The translations under genes and the position numbers were made by a program. A stretch of 64,000 nt of DNA from Patescibacteria group bacterium (GTDB taxonomy: Bacteria > Patescibacteriota > Minisyncoccia > Phycocordibacterales > Phycocordibacteraceae), in NCBI GenBank assembly GCA_019744845.1, contig JAIETW010000001.1:177999-241998 (forward strand), given 5' to 3'. Below are positions 29,233-39,895 of the stretch, piece after piece. How positions within the stretch are numbered: position 1 is the first letter of the stretch; each line of letters opens with the position of its first letter. A model generated the notes under the pieces. The model was not told where the DNA came from and did no database searches. It saw only the letters and a list, made by a program, of their open reading frames with translations.

Positions 29233-29634
29233 ATGGCAAATTGGATTGATAGATGGAAAAACCCAGCGCACAAACAAGAACACCCTCCCGCACCGCTTGG
29301 AACAGAAGAATACATTGAGTTGTCCGATCTTTCGCTTGCGGATGTATATACCCGTTTGAAAGAAAAAGGTGTTCAGTTTGCAGGACGAGATGATTTGAGA
29401 TGGATCAAGGCAAATCCCGATAAGGCAGAGGCGCAAGGCTACAAAAGAGGAGGTGAATTCTATTTCTTTGCAGCAGGCAACGGACACTACGTAGAGCAGC
29501 TCAGGTGGGATAGAGAAAAAGGAGAATTTAAGGAAGAGACTATCTACATCACGGGCATGACTGCACCCATCATCTGGGGTGACAATCGTGACAAGGCAAA
29601 TGCGATCCCCCGTCGCGTTGTCATCAAGCGATAG
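29233..29634 (+). CDS. Hypothetical protein
   Basis: 133 aa. No motif recognised. Tightly packed between flanking genes. Confidence 0.3.
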   Translation: MANWIDRWKNPAHKQEHPPAPLGTEEYIELSDLSLADVYTRLKEKGVQFAGRDDLRWIKANPDKAEAQGYKRGGEFYFFAAGNGHYVEQLRWDREKGEFKEETIYITGMTAPIIWGDNRDKANAIPRRVVIKR

Positions 29635-29636
29635 CT

Positions 29637-30095
29637 ATGCACGCCACAGTGTCCTGGGAAGAGGTGCAGCAGGATGCAGCCCTTCTCGCTTCAAAAGTAC
29701 GTACTGCAGACTTCACTCCTGATGTATTGATTGGTATCGCCTCTGGCGGCCTCGTCCCCCTTGCGCTGCTCGCTAGAGAATTCCCTGGTGCAAAAGTGGC
29801 GACTATCGTTGCAAAGTCATACCAAGGCACCACACAAAAGGAGGTGGAGGTGGGAGGACTTCCTGATATGGATCTCTCGAATAAGAAGGTGCTTCTTATA
29901 GACGAGATTGCCGACCATGGCATCACCCTCATGAAAGTAACCGAGGCACTGAACGCTAAATATCAGATAGGAGAACTCAAGTCAGCAGTCTTAGTCAAGA
30001 ACAACGATCGCTGCATACACTGCCCCGACTTCTACGTACGAGAGACGAACGAATGGATTCAGTTCCCGTGGGAGAAAGAAGAAACCGCCTCGTAG
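29637..30095 (+). CDS. Purine phosphoribosyltransferase (XPRT/HGPRT-like)
   Basis: PRPP-binding motif VLLIDEIADHGITL. Confidence 0.65.
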   Translation: MHATVSWEEVQQDAALLASKVRTADFTPDVLIGIASGGLVPLALLAREFPGAKVATIVAKSYQGTTQKEVEVGGLPDMDLSNKKVLLIDEIADHGITLMKVTEALNAKYQIGELKSAVLVKNNDRCIHCPDFYVRETNEWIQFPWEKEETAS

Positions 30096-30102
30096 GGCGG
30101 TT
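30083..30102. terminator. Possible bidirectional hairpin between the convergent PRTase and rpmG
   Basis: aaccgcc-tcgtag-ggcggtt stem-loop followed by a T-rich run. Confidence 0.3.
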
Positions 30103-30107
30103 CGTTC

Positions 30108-30263
30108 TTATTTCTTTACTTCTTTGTACACTTCGCGCTTGCGGGTGTTTGGGTCGTATTTCTTAAGCTCAATCTTCCGAGCGACCTTCTTCTTGTTCTT
30201 GCGAGAGAAGCGGACGTGGTCGGACTTCGTGGACTTAAGCTTTACTAGGTGATCCTGTGACAT
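30108..30263 (-). CDS. rpmG: 50S ribosomal protein L33
   Basis: 51 aa, hand-translated: MSQDHLVKLKSTKSDHVRFSRKNKKKVARKIELKKYDPNTRKREVYKEVKK. Too short to appear in the ORF track. Confidence 0.8.
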   Translation of the reverse strand: MSQDHLVKLKSTKSDHVRFSRKNKKKVARKIELKKYDPNTRKREVYKEVKK

Positions 30264-30290
30264 GGGGGCAATTTACCAGACAAGCGCCGT

Positions 30291-32960
30291 TTAGGCAACG
30301 CTCGTGGCCTTCTTCCTACGGGCAGTCTTCGCGACCTCAAAGTGTGGCTCCCCTGCCTTCAGGGTCACCTTGACCGAGCCACCTTCCATAACTCCCTGGC
30401 CCACCATGAGGGTTGCAATCGGGGTAAGGATCTTATCCTGGATCACACGCTTAAGCGGACGGGCACCGTACTGAGGGCTATACCCTTTCTCGGCAAGCCA
30501 TGCCTTCACCTCAGGAGAGAGATCAAGGGTGATGCGCTTTGCGGCAAGTCGCTTCAGCACATCTTCTACCTGGTTATCCACGATGCTCACGAGTGCATCC
30601 TTAGAAAGCACATCAAACATCACAATGTCATCAAGGCGGTTCAGGAACTCAGGACGGAAGTGATTCTTCAAAGACTCCATCACCTTGTCTTTCATCTTCT
30701 CGTACTCGGCAGACTCATCATGATCACTTGCAGAGAATCCAATGCCGGCAAGGCGGTCCATGAACTCAGCTCCGATGTTGGAGGTGAGAATTACAATCGT
30801 ATTCTTGAAGTTCACCTTGCGTCCCTTTCCATCCGTGAGGTGTCCTGAATCAAGCACCTGAAGAAGAATGTTGAATACTTCTGGGTGTGCCTTCTCAATC
30901 TCGTCAAAGAGCACGACCGCGTATGGTCGGTGGCGAATGCGCTCAGTCAGTGATCCTGCTTCCTCGTACCCGACATAACCTGGAGGCGCACCGATCAGTT
31001 TTGCGATGGAGTGCTTCTCCATAAACTCAGACATATCTACGCGGACTAGTGCCTCTGTGTCGTTAAACATAAACTCTGCAAGGCGGCGAGAGAGTTCCGT
31101 CTTTCCGACTCCAGTAGGGCCAAGGAAGATAAAGGAACCGATAGGACGATTCGGATCACTGATACCCACACGAGAGCGCTTCACGGCGTCTGAGATGGCT
31201 TTGACGGCGCGATCCTGACCAATGACGGCACCGGTGAGTGCCTCTTCCATACGGCCAAGTTTTGCGGCTTCCTCCTCAAGCATCTTCACCACAGGAATAC
31301 CGGTCCAGCGAGAGACGACGGACGCAATCTCATGCTCCGTCACTTCCTCATGGAGCACACGACGAGATTTCTGAAGGGTTTTAAGGCGCTTCATTTTCAC
31401 CTCAAGTTCCTTCTGGATGGTAGGGATCTTTCCGTAGCGAATCTCAGCGGCTGTTCCAAGGTCTGCAATCGCTTCCGCGTTATCTGCCTGTACCTTGAGC
31501 TTCTCAAGCTCCTTCTTCATGGTCTTGATGAATTCAAGAACCTCCTTCTCGTTCTTCCACTTAAGCTCAAGCTCCTCGGTCTTCTCCTTAAGATCCGCGA
31601 TCTCCTTATCAATCTCCTTGATACGATCCTTAATCTCCTTTGCCTGGGTGGTGCCCTCGTCCTTCTTCAACGCCTCGCGCTCAATGGTGAGCCGGCGAAT
31701 ACGGCGATCGGTCTCTTCAAGAAGAGGCGGTTTGTTCTCAAGCGCAATACGAAGACCAGAGGCCGCTTCGTCAATCAAATCAATTGCCTTGTCAGGAAGG
31801 TAGCGGTCGGTGATGTAGCGAGAAGACAATTCAACCGCAGACACGATCGCACCATCCGTAATACGGACTCCGTGATAAAGCTCATACTTCTCGCGTAGTC
31901 CACGAAGAATCGCGGTCGCATCTTCCACCGATGGTTCATTTACATACACGGGCTGGAAGCGGCGGGTAAGCGCTCCATCCTTTTCAATGTGCTGCTGGTA
32001 CTCCTTAAGGGTCGTGGCACCAATGATGCGGATCTCTCCACGAGAGAGTGCGGGCTTCAGCATGTTGGACGCATCCATCGCGCCTTCTGCAGCCCCTGCA
32101 CCCACAAGGGTGTGGAGCTCATCAATAAACAAAAGAACTTTCCCTTCTGCACGCTCCACTTCCTTCATCACATTCTTCATTCGCTCCTCAAACTCTCCGC
32201 GGTATTTCGTGCCCGCAATCATGAGTCCAAGATCCAAAGAAAGAAGTTCCTTGTTCTTAAGCGACTCCGGCACATCGCCTGTAGCAATACGTGCAGCAAG
32301 TCCTTCGGCAATGGCGGTCTTTCCCACACCTGGCTCTCCGATAAGCACTGGATTGTTCTTTGTACGACGAGAGAGAATCTGAATCACGCGATGAATCTCC
32401 TGATCGCGTCCAATCACGGGATCAAGCGCATTCTCTGAGGCGAGCTTGGTCAAGTTACGGGTGTACTTCGCAAGGGTACGAAACTTCTTTGGCTCTACGA
32501 CCTGTCCATCCTTTGCGCTCTTCACTTCCTTAAGAACTGCAAGTACAGTCTCTGCATCAATCTTAAAGCGACTGACGATGTCTCCTGCAGGTCCTGGGAA
32601 TTCAAGTACCGCAACAAAGAGATGCTCAGTCCCCACAAACGGATCATTCAAACGGGCTGCTGCCTTTCCAGACGCTTCAAGCGCAGAGGCAAGGTCTGGG
32701 GTCAAATACAGCTGATACGAAGGAGAAAGCGTGGCGGAGGTCTCAGGAGACTCAAGGGTCTCAAGCAAGCTGTCGGAGAGGAGCATGGTGTCCACATCCA
32801 AACGATCAAGCACGGACAACACCAGGCTTTCATCCTGGTGAATAAGGGCGGTCAGAAGGTGCAGCGGCGAGACATGATTCTGTCCGCGTTCTATCGCAAG
32901 CTCATGCGCCTTCCGAATCGCTTCTTTTGCTTTAGTAGTGAAGTTTTTGAATGGCGGCAT
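30291..32960 (-). CDS. clpB: ATP-dependent chaperone ClpB
   Basis: Clp N-domain, two AAA+ modules ([16 protein letters not shown]), and a middle coiled-coil. Confidence 0.9.
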   Translation of the reverse strand: MPPFKNFTTKAKEAIRKAHELAIERGQNHVSPLHLLTALIHQDESLVLSVLDRLDVDTMLLSDSLLETLESPETSATLSPSYQLYLTPDLASALEASGKAAARLNDPFVGTEHLFVAVLEFPGPAGDIVSRFKIDAETVLAVLKEVKSAKDGQVVEPKKFRTLAKYTRNLTKLASENALDPVIGRDQEIHRVIQILSRRTKNNPVLIGEPGVGKTAIAEGLAARIATGDVPESLKNKELLSLDLGLMIAGTKYRGEFEERMKNVMKEVERAEGKVLLFIDELHTLVGAGAAEGAMDASNMLKPALSRGEIRIIGATTLKEYQQHIEKDGALTRRFQPVYVNEPSVEDATAILRGLREKYELYHGVRITDGAIVSAVELSSRYITDRYLPDKAIDLIDEAASGLRIALENKPPLLEETDRRIRRLTIEREALKKDEGTTQAKEIKDRIKEIDKEIADLKEKTEELELKWKNEKEVLEFIKTMKKELEKLKVQADNAEAIADLGTAAEIRYGKIPTIQKELEVKMKRLKTLQKSRRVLHEEVTEHEIASVVSRWTGIPVVKMLEEEAAKLGRMEEALTGAVIGQDRAVKAISDAVKRSRVGISDPNRPIGSFIFLGPTGVGKTELSRRLAEFMFNDTEALVRVDMSEFMEKHSIAKLIGAPPGYVGYEEAGSLTERIRHRPYAVVLFDEIEKAHPEVFNILLQVLDSGHLTDGKGRKVNFKNTIVILTSNIGAEFMDRLAGIGFSASDHDESAEYEKMKDKVMESLKNHFRPEFLNRLDDIVMFDVLSKDALVSIVDNQVEDVLKRLAAKRITLDLSPEVKAWLAEKGYSPQYGARPLKRVIQDKILTPIATLMVGQGVMEGGSVKVTLKAGEPHFEVAKTARRKKATSVA

Positions 32961-32990
32961 AATGTTCTAGACGTATTCTACCAAAAACAC

Positions 32991-33710
32991 TTACGGACTC
33001 CCAGTAAGTAACGCCATGATGCTGTCAGCCGTTACAAATGCACCTGGTACTCCGGTACTAATACCCATGAGTCCCCCGCCAAGTAACACTGCGGCGGTAC
33101 CTGCAGGAATGACAGGAAGAGAGGTGTAGATCGTATTTCCTTCTATCTTAGAGATGATTCCCGTGACGGCGTTTCCTCCTGCGGTCATAGAGATAACCGT
33201 CTGACCCTGAAGAAGAGTTGCGAGCTCTGCAGGAGACGCTGCTGGAGCGTCAGGAAGGAAGGCCGTGTCAGAGAATCCGTAGATCGTTACTTCGTCATTG
33301 CTACTTGTGAGGGAGGCTTCTGCAAAAGATCCATCAGGGAAGGCAACCACTACTTCTTTTGGAAGTCCGTCTACACGTGCGGTCGCAACGGCGCGAGAGA
33401 TAGGGAGATAGGTTGCGCTCGCAATTGCAGGAGTTGAGGTGCTGCGGTGAATGGCGGTACTACGTGCGGCACTCGCGCTGATTGCTGAGGTGAGAAGTTC
33501 CTCTTCACGACTTGGTCCCCCGCCCACAGGTACTTGGGTGGTCACGGTCTCAATGGTGTTCTCCACGATGCGGTTCACGGTCTGCGTCACCGTTGTCGGT
33601 GCCTCATCAAGAAGCGAGACGGTAAGGACGGCAGTTGCAATCGCCGTCACGAAGTTCACAAGCACGGTAAGCAGCAAGAGCTGGGATTTAGAGAGGTCCT
33701 CAATATTCAT
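32991..33710 (-). CDS. N-terminally membrane-anchored hypothetical protein
   Basis: One transmembrane helix, then a Thr/Ala/Ser-rich soluble domain. Confidence 0.3.
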   Translation of the reverse strand: MNIEDLSKSQLLLLTVLVNFVTAIATAVLTVSLLDEAPTTVTQTVNRIVENTIETVTTQVPVGGGPSREEELLTSAISASAARSTAIHRSTSTPAIASATYLPISRAVATARVDGLPKEVVVAFPDGSFAEASLTSSNDEVTIYGFSDTAFLPDAPAASPAELATLLQGQTVISMTAGGNAVTGIISKIEGNTIYTSLPVIPAGTAAVLLGGGLMGISTGVPGAFVTADSIMALLTGSP

Positions 33711-33734
33711 AGGGACAGTATACTCTGCCCCTTT

Positions 33735-34874
33735 TTACTCTGCACGTGAGGATACTGAGAGGAATGCCAGGTTCCGTACCAGGGCCTTCTGAAGCATCAT
33801 AAGATCACGCTCCGTGGTCGCCACTCCAAGAGAGATACGCAGGGTAGATCGTGCACGTGCTTCGTCTCCCGTAAGCGCAAAGACCGCACGTGATTTCCCG
33901 CTATCCGTCTCGCACGCACTCCGGGTCGCAACCGCAATACCCCCTTCATCAAGAAGCGCGGAGAGATACTCAGTATCTACTCCTGGGAATGACAGGTTGA
34001 TGATGTGCGGTGCCTGATTTTTCCCGTTCACCACTGCACCTTCAATACGTGCAAGAAACTTCTCACGCATCTTCTCTGTACGAGTACGAAACGCGTCACG
34101 ATTCGCATGTGCTTCAACCATGGCCGCGGCAAAGGAAGCAGCAAGCGCAGGAGTCTGAGTGCCTGAGCGAATGTCGCGCTCCTGTCCTCCTCCTTCAATC
34201 ACTGGAAGAAGCGGTACAGACACGGGAGCAACCAATACTCCGACTCCACGAACTCCTCCGATCTTTGCGGCGTCTAGTGTAATCATGTCTGCAGCAAGGC
34301 GCGTGCGCTCTACTGATTCCACGAGTGGCGCCTGACTCGCGTCTACAAGCATGCGCACAGAGGATCCAATCACCTGACGGAGTCCGCGAGTATCAAAGCG
34401 TGTACCTGTCTCGCCACATACTGCTTCCACGACGACGAGCGCGGTCGTATCCTTTAATTGCTTCTTTACTGCATTCAAATCTATCCCTCCATCACGAAGC
34501 ACGAGCGGTTCTACATCTATCCCTTCACTCTTTAATGCTTCCATCGCTTCTACGGTAGAGGCGTGTGCGCTCGGAAGATATAGAAGGTGTATGTCAGACG
34601 GTTTCTTCCCCTCCTTAAGGAGCGCCTTCACATGCCCGCGTATGGCAATGCCGTTTGCTTCAGTTGCCCCTGCGGTAAATAGAATGGCCTCAGGTTTTGC
34701 GCCTACTTCCGCCGCAACCACTCTGCGCGCCTCCTCTAATATGGAGCGAGCCTTGCGTCCCTCCTCATGGGGAGAGGATGGATTCCCGAATATGCGTGCT
34801 GCGCGGGTATACGCAGCCACCGCCTTCTTGCTTGGGATCGCAGCACTGGCTGAGTCTAGATAGATGCGCTTCAT
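33735..34874 (-). CDS. Cysteine desulfurase (class V aminotransferase, IscS/NifS-like)
   Basis: MKRIYLDSASAAIP N-terminus and a PLP-lysine region. Confidence 0.8.
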   Translation of the reverse strand: MKRIYLDSASAAIPSKKAVAAYTRAARIFGNPSSPHEEGRKARSILEEARRVVAAEVGAKPEAILFTAGATEANGIAIRGHVKALLKEGKKPSDIHLLYLPSAHASTVEAMEALKSEGIDVEPLVLRDGGIDLNAVKKQLKDTTALVVVEAVCGETGTRFDTRGLRQVIGSSVRMLVDASQAPLVESVERTRLAADMITLDAAKIGGVRGVGVLVAPVSVPLLPVIEGGGQERDIRSGTQTPALAASFAAAMVEAHANRDAFRTRTEKMREKFLARIEGAVVNGKNQAPHIINLSFPGVDTEYLSALLDEGGIAVATRSACETDSGKSRAVFALTGDEARARSTLRISLGVATTERDLMMLQKALVRNLAFLSVSSRAE

Positions 34875-34933
34875 ACAGAGAGCATAGACGCTCGTTTGAG
34901 TTTAGTGAAGTGTTGTGGTGTAATCGGGTTCAT

Positions 34934-36412
34934 ATGGCAGCTACTCCTCGTCCCCCTATTGTCGCCGTCATGGGCCACATTGACCACGGCAAGTCCTCCT
35001 TGCTGGACTACATCCGTAAGGCCAACGTCACCGCCGGAGAGGCCGGTGGTATCACCCAGCACGTCTCTGCCTATGAGGCGGAGCATGAGCACGAGGGCAA
35101 GAAGCGTACGATCACCTTCCTTGATACCCCAGGACACGAAGCATTCCGCGCTATCCGCTCCCGCGGAGCTGCAACGGCAGATGTGGCGATTCTTGTAGTC
35201 GCTGCCGATGAGGGTGTGAAGCCTCAGACCAAGGAAGCATATGACGCGATCATGGAAGCAAACGTTCCGTTCGTGGTTGCTTTCACCAAGATTGATAAGA
35301 ATGGTGCCGATCTAGATCGCGTAAAGGGCTCAGTGCTTGAACATGGTATTTATCTTGAAGGACTTGGGGGTTCTATTCCATACGCACCGGTTTCCTCAAA
35401 ATCAGGAGCAGGTATTGATGACCTTCTAGATCTTGTGCTTTTGACTGCGGATCTCGCAGAGCTCACGGGTGACGCTACCCTGCCTGCCACTGGTTTCGTA
35501 CTTGAATCCTCTCAGGATCCAAAGCAAGGAGTCTCTGCCACACTTATTCTCAAGGACGGCATGCTCTCTACGGGAAGCTTTGTCGTTGCTGGTTCCGCAA
35601 TTGCGCCAGTGCGCTTTATTGAAAACTTTGCAGGAGCCCGCATCAAGGAGGCAAATGCATCACAGCCAGTGTCTATTTCAGGTTGGAGTGAGCTTCCCCC
35701 ATCCGGTACTCCCTTTGTAACCGCTGAGAGTAAGAAAGAAGCAGAGAAGCTTGCGAAAGAGCCCGTACGTCCTACGACTGCACGTGTCGCTCCTGAGACT
35801 GAAGACGGCAAGTTTATTCTTCCCTTTATCGTGAAAGCTGATGTGACTGGAAGTATTGAAGCAATCGCACACGAGCTTGCAAAGGTCACACATGAAAATG
35901 CAGCAATTCGTATCCTTTCCTCAGGCGTCGGTGCAGTCTCGGAAGGTGATGTAAAAAGTGCACAGGCCTCAGGCGGTATTGTGATTGCCTTCCATGTGGG
36001 CACGGATAGCGCCGCTCGTGATCTTTCAGAGCGCACGGGCATCATGATTGAGACCTTTGACATCATCTACGATCTTGGTAAGCGTGCAGAAGAACTCCTT
36101 AAGGAGCGTGCACCTCGTGTGACGAAGGAAGTAGAGCACGGCAATGCAAAGATCCTTAAGATCTTCAGCACCTCAGGATCTAAACAGGTGATGGGTGCGA
36201 ATCTTCTTTCCGGTACTCTTTCCGTAGGAGATCCGATCAAGGTGCTTCGTCGTGACATTGAGATTGGTCGCGGAAAGATCTTGAATCTCCAGCAGGCACG
36301 CTCTGACGTGAAGGAACTTCGCACAGAAGGAGAGTTTGGTCTTCAGATTGAATCTCGTGCAGAAGCGGCACCGGGAGACACCTTTGTTGCCTTCCGCTTT
36401 ATTGAGTCATGA
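34934..36412 (+). CDS. infB: Translation initiation factor IF-2 (short form without N-terminal domains)
   Basis: G-domain [25 protein letters not shown]. Start at [10 protein letters not shown]; the track ORF start at 34697 is a spurious extension. Confidence 0.85.
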   Translation: MAATPRPPIVAVMGHIDHGKSSLLDYIRKANVTAGEAGGITQHVSAYEAEHEHEGKKRTITFLDTPGHEAFRAIRSRGAATADVAILVVAADEGVKPQTKEAYDAIMEANVPFVVAFTKIDKNGADLDRVKGSVLEHGIYLEGLGGSIPYAPVSSKSGAGIDDLLDLVLLTADLAELTGDATLPATGFVLESSQDPKQGVSATLILKDGMLSTGSFVVAGSAIAPVRFIENFAGARIKEANASQPVSISGWSELPPSGTPFVTAESKKEAEKLAKEPVRPTTARVAPETEDGKFILPFIVKADVTGSIEAIAHELAKVTHENAAIRILSSGVGAVSEGDVKSAQASGGIVIAFHVGTDSAARDLSERTGIMIETFDIIYDLGKRAEELLKERAPRVTKEVEHGNAKILKIFSTSGSKQVMGANLLSGTLSVGDPIKVLRRDIEIGRGKILNLQQARSDVKELRTEGEFGLQIESRAEAAPGDTFVAFRFIES

Positions 36413-36732
36413 GTTTTCGCGACGACAAGGCCTCTTCCATTCTGCTTCATATCGCAGCAACATATATTGCACGTGAAGCAGGACGAGGCACCCTTATCAC
36501 TCCGACCCGTGCATTCATCTCAAGTGATCGTAAGAACGCTATCGTGTACGTGAGCGTCTTCCCTGATGATCAGAAAGACTTTGCCGTTGCCTTCTTGAAC
36601 CGTCATCGTGATGATTTCCGTAACTACCTCAAAAGTGAATCACGCTTCTCTAGCCTTCCTCGCGTGACCTTTGAATTTGATGCAGGAGAGCAGAACCGCC
36701 AGCATCTGGACGACATTTCTCGCGACATCTAG
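36409..36732 (+). CDS. rbfA: Ribosome-binding factor A
   Basis: Four-nucleotide overlap with infB (conserved infB-rbfA order). NAIVYVSV, and a C-terminal LPRVTFEFD motif. Confidence 0.6.
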   Translation: MSFRDDKASSILLHIAATYIAREAGRGTLITPTRAFISSDRKNAIVYVSVFPDDQKDFAVAFLNRHRDDFRNYLKSESRFSSLPRVTFEFDAGEQNRQHLDDISRDI

Positions 36733-36759
36733 CGACAAGCGCGCTTCCGCGCTATCATC

Positions 36760-36831
36760 CGAAAACACCGGCCCGGTGGCGAAGTGGTAACGCTGGAGTC
36801 TGCAAAACTCCCATGCGCGGGTTCAATTCCC
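36760..36831 (+). tRNA. tRNA-Cys (anticodon GCA)
   Basis: Acceptor GGCCCGG/CCGGGCC. Anticodon stem GGAGU/ACUCC with loop CUGCAAA. Discriminator U. Confidence 0.85.
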
Positions 36832-36858
36832 GCCCGGGCCTCAAAATGTGGTATCGTC

Positions 36859-36951
36859 TCCGACAGATGCCGAGGTGATGGAATTGGTAGACATACAGGG
36901 CTTAAAACCCTGAGAAGGAATAAATCCCTTCGTGTGGGTTCGATTCCCACC
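36859..36951 (+). tRNA. tRNA-Leu (anticodon UAA), type II, with encoded CCA
   Basis: Acceptor GCCGAGG/CCUCGGC. Anticodon stem CAGGG/CCCUG with loop CUUAAAA. 21-nt variable arm. A-CCA at the 3' end. Confidence 0.8.
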
Positions 36952-37006
36952 CTCGGCACCAAAAACGGTTGAATAAATAGGAGAGGTCATATACTATTTA
37001 GCCCAA

Positions 37007-37079
37007 GCGCCCATAGCTCAGTTGGTAGAGCAGATCCCTCTTAAGGATAAGGTCCCAGGTTCGAGCCCTGGTGGGCGCA
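37007..37079 (+). tRNA. tRNA-Lys (anticodon CUU)
   Basis: Acceptor GCGCCCA/UGGGCGC. D-arm UAGCUCAGUUGGUAGAGC. Anticodon loop CUCUUAA. T-arm CCAGG-UUCGAGC-CCUGG. Confidence 0.8.
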
Positions 37080-37127
37080 CAGAAGTGTGCGGACAAATGA
37101 GAACAAATAGTGTACTCTCTTAGTCAC

Positions 37128-37209
37128 GCCGGGGTGGTGAAATTGGTATACACGCCTGCCTTAGGAGCAGGTACCGCAAGGTGTGGAGGTTCGAGTCCTC
37201 TCCCCGGCA
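37128..37209 (+). tRNA. tRNA-Leu (anticodon UAG), type II
   Basis: Acceptor GCCGGGG/CCCCGGC. Anticodon stem CCUGC/GCAGG with loop CUUAGGA. Long variable arm. Confidence 0.8.
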
Positions 37210-37671
37210 CTAAAAATCAGCAATGACGAGCTTCGTCATTCCCATCATTTTCTTGAAGGCTCCCGGCTTCTTGATAAGCGCTTCCCAGTTCTCTGGCACT
37301 ACCTGCCAGCTGAGTCCGTACTTGTCCTTAAGCCAGCCACAGACACTTTCCTGACCACCGTTAGACGTCAGTGTATTCCAGTAGTAATCAATCTCTTCCT
37401 GATCTTTACAGGAAATCATAAGTGAGATTGCTTCGTTAAATTTGAACTCCGGCCCTGCGTTAATCGCAATGTAGCGCATGCCCAAAATCTCAAACTCAAT
37501 CGTGAGCACCTCCCCTGCCAAATCCTTTTGAAAATCTGCAAGACCTTCCTCTTCACTGTTGGGGTAATAGTACGTTGAAATTATCTTCCCTCCTGGAAAG
37601 ACACTGAGATAGTAATCCACCGCGTCTTTGGCGTTTCCATCAAACCACAAATTGGGAATGATCCTTTGCAT
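37210..37671 (-). CDS. VOC-superfamily (glyoxalase/PhnB-like) protein
   Basis: IIPNLWFDGNAKDAVDYY N-terminus, typical of PhnB-like VOC proteins. Confidence 0.55.
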   Translation of the reverse strand: MQRIIPNLWFDGNAKDAVDYYLSVFPGGKIISTYYYPNSEEEGLADFQKDLAGEVLTIEFEILGMRYIAINAGPEFKFNEAISLMISCKDQEEIDYYWNTLTSNGGQESVCGWLKDKYGLSWQVVPENWEALIKKPGAFKKMMGMTKLVIADF

Positions 37672-37910
37672 TAGACTCCGTTTACCGTTGCGCTAATGAT
37701 GCCTACGATGGCCCGTGCACCAAAGATAATCACGAGACCAATGAGTCCCCAGATGATGTGCTTCTTTCCTTTCTCTCGCTTCTCAGAGTCACCAGCGCCG
37801 CCAATAAACTCCACGACACCCCAAATAAAGACCACGAAGGCCGCAAGAGCGAGAAGAGTAATAATCGGATCAATAATCGCGACCTGCACACGCATGATGA
37901 AGTCATCCAT
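37671..37910 (-). CDS. Small two-helix pilin-like membrane protein (TrbC/VirB2-like T4SS-pilin family), paralogue 1 of 6
   Basis: 79 aa. FVVFIWGVVEFIGGAG..EKREKGKK..IWGLIGLVII shared motif. Confidence 0.5.
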   Translation of the reverse strand: MDDFIMRVQVAIIDPIITLLALAAFVVFIWGVVEFIGGAGDSEKREKGKKHIIWGLIGLVIIFGARAIVGIISATVNGV

Positions 37911-37925
37911 ATAGGCTCAAGTATA

Positions 37926-38192
37926 TCACCGGCAAATCGCACTCCCGATACCTACCGCACCATATATCCACTCCACAATGCCCCAGACCACGATCATGAA
38001 GATAAAGGCAAAGATTGCCCAGAGCATGAGACCTTTTGCCATCTCTCGCGCAAACTCGTCATACTCGCCTGCAATTGCATAGTAGAAAATCGCCCAGATA
38101 AATGCGATGAAAGAGGCACTGAAGAGCGCGGGAATAAGAAAGCCGTGGAGTGCAGGATCTATAAGTCCACAGAAGATACCGTTTGGAAACAT
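37926..38192 (-). CDS. Small two-helix pilin-like membrane protein, paralogue 2 of 6 (the most divergent)
   Basis: 88 aa. FIAFIWAIFYYAIAGEYD..REMAKG..LWAIFAFIFMIVVWGIV. Confidence 0.4.
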   Translation of the reverse strand: MFPNGIFCGLIDPALHGFLIPALFSASFIAFIWAIFYYAIAGEYDEFAREMAKGLMLWAIFAFIFMIVVWGIVEWIYGAVGIGSAICR

Positions 38193-38252
38193 CTCTCTAT
38201 ACTAACAAGAAACCCCGCATGTGCGGGGTTTCTGTTGGTGGAGGTGGGGAGA

Positions 38253-38606
38253 CTAACGACCTGGGGTCGGAGTATCCGGGAAGTTTGGCACCGTGGTGTT
38301 GAAGTCCAAGGTGTTGGTTACAAGGTTGATGAGACCCCAGACGGACACCATCACAACGAAGCCGATAATACCCCAGAACATGAGGGACTTACCCTGCTCG
38401 CGACTCTCATTGTCCTGCTTTCCTGCGATGAAGAAGCGGAACACTCCCCAAATAAACACGATGAAGGCAAGAGCAAAGACAATCGGTACGAGCACGTCAT
38501 TAATAATGGTCAAAATAAGACCGGCAAGATCGTAGATGCTGTCTACCGCTGCAAATGAGACAAGCGGTGTAAGCAAGAGTGCACTAGTGAATGCGAATAT
38601 TTTCAT
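38253..38606 (-). CDS. Small two-helix pilin-like membrane protein with signal peptide, paralogue 3 of 6
   Basis: 117 aa. VPIVFALAFIVFIWGVFRFFIAGKQDNESREQGKSLMFWGIIGFVVMVSVWGLINLV. Confidence 0.55.
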   Translation of the reverse strand: MKIFAFTSALLLTPLVSFAAVDSIYDLAGLILTIINDVLVPIVFALAFIVFIWGVFRFFIAGKQDNESREQGKSLMFWGIIGFVVMVSVWGLINLVTNTLDFNTTVPNFPDTPTPGR

Positions 38607-38683
38607 GAGGTATATGGTTACGTATCTAAGAATATGCTGGAACGGGTGGGAGTCAATAGAGCTTGTAGGCGCGTGTGGAAAAG

Positions 38684-39172
38684 CTAATCGTCGTCAAAGT
38701 TCACACACATCTTAGGATCTCGGTTCGTATCACAGTCATATCCGTGCGGACAGCGGTTAAACATGCTGCTACAGGCCGGCCCCACTGAGCCACGAGGAAT
38801 TGGGTTCTGATTGGTCACCACCGTTCTTCCTCCTCCGCCCTGCTGGGCCGGACTCCCAAAGAGACCCCCTTGCTGATATCCTGCCTGCCCACCAAAAAGT
38901 GGAAGCATCGGCTTGTGTTGCGTATCAAACCCAAGAGAGTTGATGATCAGGTTTACGATGCCCCAGAGAGAGAACATAAGCACAAAGCCAATAACGCCCC
39001 AGAGAACAAATTTCTTTCCCTCTTCGCGCTTCTCTTTATCCTCTCCTCCTGCGATGAAGAAGCGGAACACTCCCCACAGGAAGATAATGAAGGCAACAGA
39101 GAATATGAGCGGAACAAGGACCGAATCAATAAACCGGATGATCTCGTAGAAAAAGAGGGCGAGGTTCTGCAT
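38684..39172 (-). CDS. Pilin-like membrane protein with a Gly/Gln-rich, Cys-containing C-terminal extension, paralogue 4 of 6
   Basis: 162 aa. VPLIFSVAFIIFLWGVFRFFIAGGEDKEKREEGKKFVLWGVIGFVLMFSLWGIVNLI, followed by GGQAGYQQGGLFG...CSSMFNRCPHGYDCD. Confidence 0.55.
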   Translation of the reverse strand: MQNLALFFYEIIRFIDSVLVPLIFSVAFIIFLWGVFRFFIAGGEDKEKREEGKKFVLWGVIGFVLMFSLWGIVNLIINSLGFDTQHKPMLPLFGGQAGYQQGGLFGSPAQQGGGGRTVVTNQNPIPRGSVGPACSSMFNRCPHGYDCDTNRDPKMCVNFDDD

Positions 39173-39211
39173 ATATCAGTATGGTAGCAGATGCGGGAAT
39201 GAGACTATGGG

Positions 39212-39547
39212 TTATACACCCCCAGTAAGCACGGAGAGAAGAAGCTTCACAAGCCCCCAGACGGAGAAGAGGACGACAAAGCCAATGATGCCCCAGAAGA
39301 TAAACTTCTTACCCTCATTACGTTTCTCATCCTCCATTGAGAAGAGGAAACGCACCACGCCAATCAGGAACAAAAGGAACGCAATTGCATAGAGGAGAGG
39401 GACAACCACAAAGTCTACAAAGGGCACAATCTCCTGATTAACGATATATGCAAAGGTCATCTTGTTATTCGTGGGGATAGCTGGCTGCGCCGCTCCCGCC
39501 ACAAACGGAAGGACTGAGGCAGCGAAGAGATAAAAGAATCGTTGCAT
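39212..39547 (-). CDS. Pilin-like membrane protein with signal peptide, paralogue 5 of 6
   Basis: 111 aa. VPLLYAIAFLLFLIGVVRFLFSMEDEKRNEGKKFIFWGIIGFVVLFSVWGLVKLL. Confidence 0.55.
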   Translation of the reverse strand: MQRFFYLFAASVLPFVAGAAQPAIPTNNKMTFAYIVNQEIVPFVDFVVVPLLYAIAFLLFLIGVVRFLFSMEDEKRNEGKKFIFWGIIGFVVLFSVWGLVKLLLSVLTGGV

Positions 39548-39550
39548 GGT

Positions 39551-39895
39551 CTATGCCTGGAGAGAACCAACCGTAGACTGAATCACGAGTGAGATCGCTT
39601 GTGCACCAAGAAGCACCAAGCCTCCGATGACAGTCCACATAAGGGCTTTCTTTGCTTCAGAAATCTTCTCCTCGTTCCCCTGTCCGACGACAAAGAGGAA
39701 ACCGACGTACACGAGCATGAGGATCAAGACGATGGTGCCGATGTTAACCACTGCCTTGAGTACGAGTGCGAGTAGCTCTTCAATCGTTCCAACCTTAAGC
39801 GGATTCACGAGTCCTTCGCTCGCAAATACCATCATTGGCAGGAAAAGATAGGCAGAGAGGGAGAACGCAGATACTTTTTTGATCATTGAGGTCAT
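39551..39895 (-). CDS. Pilin-like membrane protein with signal peptide, paralogue 6 of 6 (divergent)
   Basis: 114 aa. LVYVGFLFVVGQGNEEKISEAKKALMWTVIGGLVLLGAQAI. Confidence 0.45.
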   Translation of the reverse strand: MTSMIKKVSAFSLSAYLFLPMMVFASEGLVNPLKVGTIEELLALVLKAVVNIGTIVLILMLVYVGFLFVVGQGNEEKISEAKKALMWTVIGGLVLLGAQAISLVIQSTVGSLQA

